The notes beneath the pieces were generated by a model that had not been told where the DNA came from, did not search any database, and saw nothing but the letters and a program-made list of their open reading frames with translations. Made by a program: the position numbers and the translations under genes. From Candidatus Babeliales bacterium (GTDB lineage: Bacteria; Babelota; Babeliae; Babelales; JBFXEV01), in NCBI GenBank assembly GCA_963716425.1, contig OY970310.1:1539577-1603576 (forward strand): 64,000 nt of DNA, in the 5' to 3' direction. Of this stretch, positions 18,852 through 27,879 are shown in pieces (the stretch's first letter is position 1; every line of letters begins with the position of its first letter).

Positions 18852-20363
18852 CTATGCATATGAAAAACCTGCTTTTAGCCAAATAGTTCCCTGCTCGAGA
18901 GCTCTATTTGATATAGCGGAGAATTCTATAGAAGCACCAATACCCACAAATGGCTCTAGCGGATTATCACTCCAGAACTTGCTTGCATGCAAGAAAAGGG
19001 TATAAGAAACTGCAAGCGGATTTGCTGCAGAACGAAGATTGATATCTGCGGGAGTTAAAAATACGGTAAATGGATCATCAAAAAGATTGGCATTTTCGCC
19101 ATTAATACGCGTTGCACTTGCAGTTTGCGGTGTATTGCTGTCTGTGTTCCCTTGTATACCATAGATGCCTAGGGGCACAGCTCCGTCTCTGAGCGATATC
19201 CTTTCTCTTGAGCGTAGCCATGCATCAAGCCCAACGTTAAACTGCCAAGAACCCCAATCATAAGTGCCCATTATGGTGCCTTCCACTTCAGCACTTACTT
19301 TTACATTACAGTCGAGCGTAGTCACGCGGGGACCAAAAAGAATTTCTCCCGAGGCTGTGCCATCAGGGTTAAATCGTTTAAATAATAAGTATCTGCTACC
19401 AATACCATTACCGATAATATCAAAAGTGCGTCTTTGATGAGCACTAAATAAATAATAGTACCGTATATCAAATACCACATTCATGGCAGTATCTGCTTTG
19501 TCAAATACTTCATGAAAGCCATGGATGCCACCACCGAGTCCATTATGCTTGCCATTGCCTACTTGAGCATTAAAGAAGAAATGTGGTTCAATCCGTTTGC
19601 CAACAGGAGCAATATAATTGAGCTGTAGATCAATTTCCCAATCTGGTCTGCAAATAACTTCATAGCCAAGAGTAAGATACAGATCAGCAAGCCCAACTTC
19701 AGTGCGATGACCTTCAACAGTGGCAAATCTCATATCCTCAGTGACAGCAGGAAACACATTCTCATTAATCGTATCACCAACCCATGCGCGTAGTATTGAT
19801 TTCAAAAATGAATCAGCTGGCGCTGGATTTCCTAGTTTATCTGCATCTACGTTAGTACCGGCAGAAATAAACCGTTCACGCATTCTAAGATTCCAGCGGG
19901 ACCAGGTGATAGGAATATACGCTTCAAAATATAATCCTCTTGCGAATCTATTTAAGCTTATACGCGCTTGCATTTCAAGAACCATATTTTGGACAATTGG
20001 TTCAATAATCACGCTGCCTTGAAAATCATCATTGAGTAGAAAGTTCCGTGCAAATACGTCGGTACTTGGATCATTCAAGTTACCAAACATCATAGTATCA
20101 GTACCATTGAAAAATAAATATTGTTCAAGATTCCCATTCGAGAATGATTCAGAATAGGCTGGTGTAATACCAAAATAAAAGCAAGGAAATCCGGTAGTTT
20201 TATCACAGAAGTCATAGGGCTCCATGCCTACCCAATGGCGCGGATTATTAAGTCCTTGTGAGCGCATGGTAAATTGAGAACGCCCCGTAACGGCTTCTAA
20301 GTAGCTATTAAAACAAAAGACAATGCCCAAAATTATGAGTATGTTGGTCCGTTGTGCAAACAT
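18852..20363 (-). CDS. outer-membrane-type protein, family paralogue 1 (most diverged)
   Basis: ATG at 20363 with an AAGGAG RBS and leader MFAQRTNILIILGIVFCFNSYLEA. Shares GIGSRYLLFKRFN, GLADL..TLGY and the C-terminal ..EFSA..NRA...G.IWLKAGFSYA with the other four copies. Confidence 0.7.
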   Translation of the reverse strand: MFAQRTNILIILGIVFCFNSYLEAVTGRSQFTMRSQGLNNPRHWVGMEPYDFCDKTTGFPCFYFGITPAYSESFSNGNLEQYLFFNGTDTMMFGNLNDPSTDVFARNFLLNDDFQGSVIIEPIVQNMVLEMQARISLNRFARGLYFEAYIPITWSRWNLRMRERFISAGTNVDADKLGNPAPADSFLKSILRAWVGDTINENVFPAVTEDMRFATVEGHRTEVGLADLYLTLGYEVICRPDWEIDLQLNYIAPVGKRIEPHFFFNAQVGNGKHNGLGGGIHGFHEVFDKADTAMNVVFDIRYYYLFSAHQRRTFDIIGNGIGSRYLLFKRFNPDGTASGEILFGPRVTTLDCNVKVSAEVEGTIMGTYDWGSWQFNVGLDAWLRSRERISLRDGAVPLGIYGIQGNTDSNTPQTASATRINGENANLFDDPFTVFLTPADINLRSAANPLAVSYTLFLHASKFWSDNPLEPFVGIGASIEFSAISNRALEQGTIWLKAGFSYA

Positions 20364-20391
20364 GAGTACTATCTCTCCTTTAAACTTTTTA

Positions 20392-22107
20392 TTACGAATA
20401 CGCAAATCCTAACTTGCCCCAGATGCCCCATTGATCAAACGCATTGTTGCGTATGCCCGAGAATTCTACTTCACCACCAACTCCCATAAAGAAATCAAAG
20501 TTGCAACCTTCAAAGGTATAGCCAAGATGGGCAAAGAATTTATTGGTCAGAGCAGAAGGCGCTTCTGCAGCCCTTGCATCAAGATCATTGGTAGTAATAA
20601 ACACCGGTACTGCAGGACCAAGTACAGGGCCATCACCTAGAGCTGTACTATTGGTTCCATTAATGGTTACGGTGCTGTTGGTGCGATTTGCTGGAAGATT
20701 AGGATTAATCCCACCCGTTGGCAAGAAATTATCAATTGGTGTGCCGCCTAACAGTCCATACGTGTTTGGCGGAATGTGTCTAATGATTGTGATGCCTTCT
20801 CTGCTGCGGCCCCAAAGGTTATAGCCAATGTCAAGTGTGATATCGCACCATTGATAATCAAATATTAATACAAATTCGCCCATAACTTTAATTTTTACAT
20901 CAGCAGGAAGCGTTGTTACGTTTGGTCCTGGCACCAAAGTATCGGTAAAGTTTCCTGCGGCATTAAATTGTTTGAATAAAAGGTATCTGCTTCCAATGCC
21001 ATTTTTCTTTAAATCGAAAGTACGCACCTGTTTATTTTTGAGCAAACTATACACAACACCATCCGCCCAAAGACTAATCGAATGATCGCCACAGCCACAT
21101 GCGTCCCACAGCATAACGTGAGCCGACATGCCAGCACCAATTCCTACATGGTGTCCATTACCTACTATTGGTTCAAAAACAAATTCACCTTTTGGCGTAT
21201 TACCAGTTGGTGCCGTTACGCGAAATTCGAGCCCTAAATGTCCATTCTCGGTGCAAATATAATTTCTGCCAAGAACAAATTTAACATCTGCAATGCCGTG
21301 CTTTTTTTGCCTGCCGTTAATTTTGGCAAAACGCATAGGATCAATGGTGATGGCTTCCGTAAGATCTCCTGGCGGAGTTTCATTTGTGCTTACGAAATTG
21401 AGAACTCCATCTATTTCTCCCCTCCATGCTGCAATAATAGTATCCACTGGTGCAGGCGCGATAAATGGACTATTTCCTGCGGAAGCTGCATTAATGCTAA
21501 TGTTGCCGGGTTGTTCAGCGTCAAACTCTTCTAAATTCATGTTCCATCGCGTCCATACAACAGGAGCACCCACTTCAAAGTAGAGACCACAATTTACTGT
21601 TTCTAAATTAAGCCGCGCATTAAAATCAAGAATTAAGTTGGTAACTTTGGGTTTCAACTCAACACGTCCGGAAAATGTACTTGGAAGTAAAAAGTTTTCT
21701 GCAAGTACGTCTGTGTTTTCCGGGCTATAGGCAGGGTTAGTTGCCAAACTTCCCCTGAAGCGCATTATATTTGTTTTCGGTGGTCGTACATTTTCTATGG
21801 ATTCACAATCACAAAAATCAATTGGCCTACGGAATGAAAAATAGCGACCAATCGCGTCAGGATTAAACGTTTCCGTCCATTCTGGTGTTATTGAGAAAAC
21901 AAGGCCGTTATCACAATCCCGGCAGGCGTAAAGTTCTTGTAATTCACCCACAAGCCTGCGTGCAAGGTTATCACCTTGTGATCTGGCTGCAAAAAATGGT
22001 TTGCCATAGGTTTCTCTTTTTCCAAAAGGAGTTCTTTCCATTGCCGTTATACTCAATGTGAGAGTGAGCATGGTGCAAAGAAGAAGTTGTTGCATATGTT
22101 TGTTCAT
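20392..22107 (-). CDS. outer-membrane-type protein, family paralogue 2
   Basis: Leader plus YGKPFFAARSQGDNLARRLVGE, ENFLLPSTFSG, FEPIVGNGHH, GIGSRYLLFKQFN and a C-terminal WGIWGKLGFAYS. Confidence 0.75.
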   Translation of the reverse strand: MNKHMQQLLLCTMLTLTLSITAMERTPFGKRETYGKPFFAARSQGDNLARRLVGELQELYACRDCDNGLVFSITPEWTETFNPDAIGRYFSFRRPIDFCDCESIENVRPPKTNIMRFRGSLATNPAYSPENTDVLAENFLLPSTFSGRVELKPKVTNLILDFNARLNLETVNCGLYFEVGAPVVWTRWNMNLEEFDAEQPGNISINAASAGNSPFIAPAPVDTIIAAWRGEIDGVLNFVSTNETPPGDLTEAITIDPMRFAKINGRQKKHGIADVKFVLGRNYICTENGHLGLEFRVTAPTGNTPKGEFVFEPIVGNGHHVGIGAGMSAHVMLWDACGCGDHSISLWADGVVYSLLKNKQVRTFDLKKNGIGSRYLLFKQFNAAGNFTDTLVPGPNVTTLPADVKIKVMGEFVLIFDYQWCDITLDIGYNLWGRSREGITIIRHIPPNTYGLLGGTPIDNFLPTGGINPNLPANRTNSTVTINGTNSTALGDGPVLGPAVPVFITTNDLDARAAEAPSALTNKFFAHLGYTFEGCNFDFFMGVGGEVEFSGIRNNAFDQWGIWGKLGFAYS

Positions 22108-22201
22108 TGAGTTCCTTTATTTATAAACTTTTTTTATTCGCCGTCGCCTTCTCCCGAAAGCTATGGCGCACACGCCGTAGCTCCATAGGAGCAAAGGCGG
22201 A

Positions 22202-23827
22202 TTAAAAGAATGCCAACCCCACTTTGCCCCATATTCCCCACTGGGTGAGCGCATTATTTTCTTTTCCTGAAAATTCCACTTGACCACCAGCTCCAATAAA
22301 TGGTGTGCAATGTTTTCGCGGCCACGCATAACAAACATGTGCAAAGAGCATATGTGATAATGCAGCGGGAGATTCAGCACTTGCCACATCAATATTGTTG
22401 TTTGAGATGAAGCTTGGGCTGGGCGTATCAAATTCTTGGTTAGTAGCAGATATAAAATTTTCTCCGTTGATGAGCACTTGGCTGTTGGTGCGATTTGCAG
22501 CCCCAGGAATAAGATTATCAATTGGCGTGCCGCCCCAAATACCAAAAGTTGCTTGTTCAATTTCTTGGGTCAGTTTAATTTTCTCTTTTTCTCTTCCCCA
22601 TGCACTATACCCAAAATCGATGGTTAATCCTTTACGTTGATAATCGACAAGAAGCACTGCTTGGCCAATAAGACCTATGCCCACTTTTGCATCAAGCGTG
22701 GTTATGTTTGGGCCTGGCACAAAACGATTTGCAAAATTGCCGGCTTCATTAAATTGCTTGAAGAGTAAATATCTGCTACCAACACCATTATTAAGTAAAT
22801 CAAATGTTCTTCTTTGTTTTGTATTGAATGCATAATACAATGCACTATCAAACCAAATACTCCATGAACGGTCGCATCCGTTACTCCAGACTTTGCCGTG
22901 AGCACTCAAGCCACCACCAATTTGAAGATGATGACCACCACCAATAATGGGCTCAAACATATACACTGCTTCTGGACGGTTGCCCGTAGGCACGGTGACT
23001 CGTATATTAAAATCAAGATGATATTTTGGTTTGCATAACACGTTGTACCCCAGCACCAATTCAATATCTGCAACACCAGATTTTGTCTTTTTTCCATCAA
23101 TCAGACCAAATCTCATATTTTCTATGCCAATTGCGATCGGCGCCACACCGGGAGCGGTAAAGGTAAATTCTTGGGTAACATGTGCTCCGGTGAATGCTTC
23201 AGTAATTGTGGTAAAGGGTGCAGTAGTTACATATGGTCCCTTAATAGGATTATTAGAAGCAAGAATTGCAATATCTGTTCCTGCAAAGGCGGGTGTTTCT
23301 TCGTGGAGTGCAACATGTGAACGAGTCCAGGCAATGGGTAGGCCAACTTCTACATAAAGACCAGGTAATCGATTATATAAATTGAGCCGAAAGTTAATGT
23401 CGGTAATAAAGTTTTCTATATGGGGAAATAGAGTGACCGCGCCGGAAAAGGTGCTTGGGAGCAAAAAATTTTCAGCAAGAATATCCGTGTTTGTAGGGCT
23501 AAATGGAGGATTTTGCGCCATGCTCCCCCTAAAAGTCATGGTATTAGATTCGTTATTGAAACCATTATGAATAGAAAAATAATTGCCAAGCCTGTTTCGG
23601 TGGAAATTTTGGCTCCATTCTGGGGTAATTGAGAAGATACCATTTTTATGTTTTGAACCGCAATGGAGCAGTTCATTTACTTCCCCCACGAGCCTACGTG
23701 CTAAATTGTTTCCTTGGCTTCTACTTGCAAAAAATGGTTTGCCAAATGTACATTCAGTGTTTGGAATGTGCGCAAAAAGTGCATGTATTATATAAAATAG
23801 GACATATCTTTTTTTGAGTTGGTTCAT
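22202..23827 (-). CDS. outer-membrane-type protein, family paralogue 3
   Basis: The same conserved blocks; the C-terminus is WGIWGKVGLAFF. Confidence 0.75.
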   Translation of the reverse strand: MNQLKKRYVLFYIIHALFAHIPNTECTFGKPFFASRSQGNNLARRLVGEVNELLHCGSKHKNGIFSITPEWSQNFHRNRLGNYFSIHNGFNNESNTMTFRGSMAQNPPFSPTNTDILAENFLLPSTFSGAVTLFPHIENFITDINFRLNLYNRLPGLYVEVGLPIAWTRSHVALHEETPAFAGTDIAILASNNPIKGPYVTTAPFTTITEAFTGAHVTQEFTFTAPGVAPIAIGIENMRFGLIDGKKTKSGVADIELVLGYNVLCKPKYHLDFNIRVTVPTGNRPEAVYMFEPIIGGGHHLQIGGGLSAHGKVWSNGCDRSWSIWFDSALYYAFNTKQRRTFDLLNNGVGSRYLLFKQFNEAGNFANRFVPGPNITTLDAKVGIGLIGQAVLLVDYQRKGLTIDFGYSAWGREKEKIKLTQEIEQATFGIWGGTPIDNLIPGAANRTNSQVLINGENFISATNQEFDTPSPSFISNNNIDVASAESPAALSHMLFAHVCYAWPRKHCTPFIGAGGQVEFSGKENNALTQWGIWGKVGLAFF

Positions 23828-23952
23828 TTTCTACTGCCTTACCTAATTCAAGATCTTCAAGCTTGCTCTGCTTAGTGTACCGTAAATATTTTTTTTCAAA
23901 AAGGTCCTGAAGAAATTTCTGAGCACGTTTGTAAAACTCTGGCGCGTTTGGA

Positions 23953-25650
23953 TTATGGGAAAGCAAATCCTCCTTTTACCCATATGCCCCATTGGTTGAG
24001 TGCATGATTATTATGGTCCGAGAATTCTACTAGGCCACCAAGTCCAATAAAGGGAGCACCACGACAGCTTTCAAATATATATCCAAGATGCGCAAAAAAT
24101 GTGTTTGAAATAGCAGATGGAGCTTGTGCTGATGTTGCATCAAGATGAGCCGTTGTTATAAATAGTGGCATTGCTGGTGTTCCGCCAGGTCCTCCATCAC
24201 CAAACGGTGAACTGTTTTCACCATTTATTCTTATTGCACTGTTAGTGCGATTTGCGGGCATGTTGGGATCCAATGTACCGTTTGCTAAAAAGTTATCAAT
24301 CGGCGTTCCGCCCAGTAATCCATATGTGTTGGTTGGAATGTTGCCGGAAATTTTGATATGTTCTTTACTGCGTCCCCAGAGATTATAACCTATATCAAAA
24401 GTAACAGGTGCCCATTTAAAGTTAAGTAATAGTACAAACTCCCCCATAACTTTAATTTTCACATGAGCTGGTAGCGTGGTAACATTTGGTCCTGGTACAA
24501 AAGTATTAGTAAAATTACCTGCTGCATCAAATTGTTTAAAGAGTAGATAGCGGCTACCTATTCCATTTTCTTGTATATCAAAAGTTCGTGTGTGTTTTGC
24601 CTTACACAAATGATATATAGTACTATCAATCCATACATTTATTGAACGATCTGCGCATGCGTGATGCCAGAGCTCAGTATGGCATTCTAAACCGGCTCCT
24701 ACTGCCCAATGCCGCCCATTGCCTACAATAGGTTCAAATACAAATTCACCTTTGGGCCTGGTACCAACAGGTGCAGTAATGCGGAAGTTAATTCCCAAAT
24801 GTTTATCTTGAGTACAAATAGCATTGTAACCAAAAACAAATTTGAGATCCGCCACACCACTCTTTGTTTGTGTGCCTTTGATTTTAGCAAAACGCATTGG
24901 TTCAACTGTTATTGGTATTAGAAGAGGATTAGGAACAATCGCTGTATTGGCACTGGTGAAATTGAGAACGCCATAATCGCGTCCCTGGAATGCATCAATT
25001 ATGCTACTCGTTGGTGCTGGAGTAACAAAAGGGTTAATCCGAGGGCTTGATGCATTAATAATGATATTGCCCGGTTGATTGAGAGGTCGAGCTTTTAAAC
25101 GCACATGTGAGCTTGTCCATACTATAGGCATACCAATTTCAACATATAAACCTTTACATGCGTTATCTAAATTTATGCGTGAATTAATATCAAGAATAAA
25201 ATTTTTCAAGTGAGGCTTTATTTTCACAATACCATCAAAGGTGCTTGCAAGTAAGAAATTGTCCGCAAGAACCGTGCGATCTTCGGGAATGCCCATTTGG
25301 CTTCCTTGAAACCGCATGCTATTTTTGTGGTGCTTTATATGAGTAAGTATGAGATTAGGATTCTCAGTGCCCTTGCATCGTTTATGCCGTAAGGAAAAAT
25401 ATCTGCCAAGGCCCTTAGTATCAAACGTTTGATTCCATTCAGGGGTCACCGAGATGACACCATTGACGCATTTAAGACAAGGAACCAGTTCATTCACTTC
25501 GCCCACAAGCCTGCGTGCAAGGTTATCTCCCTGAGAACGCGCAGCAAAAAATGGTTTGCCAAATGCATGCTTTGTATGAGAATGCAACGCGCAAGTAAGA
25601 ATAATAAGAGCAACAATAGGTAAGAATTTTTTAGAAATGGTTTGCAACAT
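23953..25650 (-). CDS. outer-membrane-type protein, family paralogue 4
   Basis: The same conserved blocks; the C-terminus is WGIWVKGGFAFP. Confidence 0.75.
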   Translation of the reverse strand: MLQTISKKFLPIVALIILTCALHSHTKHAFGKPFFAARSQGDNLARRLVGEVNELVPCLKCVNGVISVTPEWNQTFDTKGLGRYFSLRHKRCKGTENPNLILTHIKHHKNSMRFQGSQMGIPEDRTVLADNFLLASTFDGIVKIKPHLKNFILDINSRINLDNACKGLYVEIGMPIVWTSSHVRLKARPLNQPGNIIINASSPRINPFVTPAPTSSIIDAFQGRDYGVLNFTSANTAIVPNPLLIPITVEPMRFAKIKGTQTKSGVADLKFVFGYNAICTQDKHLGINFRITAPVGTRPKGEFVFEPIVGNGRHWAVGAGLECHTELWHHACADRSINVWIDSTIYHLCKAKHTRTFDIQENGIGSRYLLFKQFDAAGNFTNTFVPGPNVTTLPAHVKIKVMGEFVLLLNFKWAPVTFDIGYNLWGRSKEHIKISGNIPTNTYGLLGGTPIDNFLANGTLDPNMPANRTNSAIRINGENSSPFGDGGPGGTPAMPLFITTAHLDATSAQAPSAISNTFFAHLGYIFESCRGAPFIGLGGLVEFSDHNNHALNQWGIWVKGGFAFP

Positions 25651-25826
25651 AGATACCCCTCTTTAAAATAATCAAATTTAGTAGATAGTTTGTTTGTTAA
25701 TCATTGTACCTTAAATATTTTTTTTCAATATGCACCCATTAGTGTGCTATTGCAACAAAAAAAATTCTGTTTATGATCTTAAATAACATACTTAGCATAG
25801 TTTAACACAGCAAAAGGAGTTGTATT

Positions 25827-27809
25827 ATGAAGAAACAGTATATATATACGATATTTATTTTTTTCTTAATTTTTTTGTATGCCGATACGTTGTATGCTGC
25901 TGTTAATTTTTCTCCTTGCAGCAAATTTTTTCAACATGATATTCAATTGCAGCTTTCAGATGCTAATGGTTTTCCCGTGCCTGATACAGAGTTTTGGGTC
26001 ACCTTGAATATTTTCAAGGAGGGTCCACGTGTAACCATTCAGTTTCCTGTGATTAATTTCCAAACGGGGCAAGTATCTCCTGATGATCCAGGTGTACCCT
26101 TGGTACCAGGTGGCTATCTGTATACTAGTGATGGCTACTTACCCAAAGAGATTCGCCCCAATGATCTGGTACCTCTTTCTTTTTTGGCACCTTCCGATAA
26201 TGGATTGAGCTTGCCGTTTTCATTTACTCAAACGCCTGCTACGTTACCTGTGCCGCCTTCTGGATATATTTTGCAAGTGACTCAAGCGGGCGCATTGCAA
26301 GTGCAAGGTGTGGGTACTTTTGGCAATGTTATTCCTCCAGGCAAGCAAATTATTTTTCCTACTGCGATTTCTTATTTAGTACAATTTGATGATGCATTGC
26401 AAAAAAATTATGTATTAAGTACTGGTGCAACTAACATTACGCAGTTTACTAATCCTTTTTTTGCGGATCATGGTTTTAGAGATTCTCATGTTAATGATGC
26501 TTTTAATTCTGTTCTGGCATGGGCGTGGGCTGATAACTCTAATATTAGAGATAAAACAAATAATACGCTTAATGCGATGGTGGTTATTGGGAGTGTGAAT
26601 GGAAATTCACTTGTTTTTAGTAAACCAATTCAATTGACTAATCTTCTACCAAATCAGATGGTCTGGGACACTGCGGTAGCGATTAACCGAACAAATAGCA
26701 GTAATATTGTAGTTTCATTTCAAGTTATTGATGCAACAGTTCCTTCTCCAAGGCCTGATATAACACCAGTACGAGTGCCATGGCGATCAGTTTCTTTTGA
26801 TGGCGGCGTGACCTGGGAGACTGGACCTATATTAAATATCGTTGAGCCTCGAGGTGGTGCAATAATTTCAGGCGACAATCGGGGTGTTTCATCAGATATG
26901 TTTGGCAACATTTGGTATTTGACCACTCAATTTTTTGATGCTTCTTTTAATACTATTAACCAACCAATATTTGCAGTAAGTACCGATGGAGGAGTCACCT
27001 TTAATGTAGTATTTATTGCACCTCCTGTTATGAACGTATCTGATTTGTATGATTATCCGCAGTATTGTTTTGGTGGTTTTGGTGATGATGGGCAATATGG
27101 ACTATGGTTTACCGCAGATTATTTTACTGGTGGTAATATCATTCCTTTCGTAGGATTTATTCCCATTACAGAAACAGGTATAGGAATGGGAATAACAGCA
27201 TTTCTTAATAAACTGATTAACACGCAGCTTCTTCCTACCATAACGGCTTCTGAGGATGGGAGAGTTTGGGTCGAATCGTTAACAGAAGCAGGTGCTACGT
27301 ATATTGCTCCGGTTGTTACTAGATTTAAATCACCTGATGGTATTGATGCCAATTATGCAGGGCCTTGGGACATGGGATATGTAAATCAATTAGATACGGA
27401 TTTACTTGCAAATCAAATTTCATTTCCCAAGCGAGGATATATTCCTGCATCAGTGCAAAGTAATATATATGACGAAAGTCGTAAAGCATTATATGCAATG
27501 TATGCAGCGCAAGTTCCTGATTATGCACAAAACATGCAAATCTTCTTTGTGATCTCACGTGATAATGGCATGACCTGGTCACAGCCAATACAAATTGCCA
27601 CTACCAATTTTGCAAATCGGGGATATCAATCAATGGCTTTAGATTCAGTAACAAGAAATTTGGTATTTGGTTGGTATGATGGGCGTAATGATATAAGTTA
27701 TCAATCAGTAGAATATTTTGCAGCAGTTATTACTGCCGAGCAATTGGATAGAATAGTGAATCGTATTGCTTTAACCGATCCATTGTTTGAAGTACCTTCA
27801 GCTGCTTAA
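25827..27809 (+). CDS. secreted BNR/Asp-box repeat (sialidase-fold-like beta-propeller) protein
   Basis: Leader MKKQYIYTIFIFFLIFLYADTLYA. Asp-boxes SFDGGVTW (aa 323), STDGGVTF (aa 385) and SRDNGMTW (aa 577). No FRIP motif was seen. Confidence 0.6.
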   Translation: MKKQYIYTIFIFFLIFLYADTLYAAVNFSPCSKFFQHDIQLQLSDANGFPVPDTEFWVTLNIFKEGPRVTIQFPVINFQTGQVSPDDPGVPLVPGGYLYTSDGYLPKEIRPNDLVPLSFLAPSDNGLSLPFSFTQTPATLPVPPSGYILQVTQAGALQVQGVGTFGNVIPPGKQIIFPTAISYLVQFDDALQKNYVLSTGATNITQFTNPFFADHGFRDSHVNDAFNSVLAWAWADNSNIRDKTNNTLNAMVVIGSVNGNSLVFSKPIQLTNLLPNQMVWDTAVAINRTNSSNIVVSFQVIDATVPSPRPDITPVRVPWRSVSFDGGVTWETGPILNIVEPRGGAIISGDNRGVSSDMFGNIWYLTTQFFDASFNTINQPIFAVSTDGGVTFNVVFIAPPVMNVSDLYDYPQYCFGGFGDDGQYGLWFTADYFTGGNIIPFVGFIPITETGIGMGITAFLNKLINTQLLPTITASEDGRVWVESLTEAGATYIAPVVTRFKSPDGIDANYAGPWDMGYVNQLDTDLLANQISFPKRGYIPASVQSNIYDESRKALYAMYAAQVPDYAQNMQIFFVISRDNGMTWSQPIQIATTNFANRGYQSMALDSVTRNLVFGWYDGRNDISYQSVEYFAAVITAEQLDRIVNRIALTDPLFEVPSAA

Positions 27810-27821
27810 GAATTGTTTATT

Positions 27822-27854
27822 AAAAAAGGCCTGGACAATTTCCAGGCCTTTTTT
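27822..27854. terminator. bidirectional terminator hairpin between convergent genes
   Basis: aaaaaaggcctgga / tccaggcctttttt, with A- and T-runs on both sides. Confidence 0.7.
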
Positions 27855-27879
27855 AATGTACTTATTTTTGTGTTGGATA

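Noticed and set aside
22117-22560. 147 aa ORF overlapping the 3' end of OMP paralogue 3 in another frame
   Set aside because: The overlapping frame carries the conserved family C-terminus (EFSG..WGIWGKVGLAFF). The alternative ORF has no conserved features.
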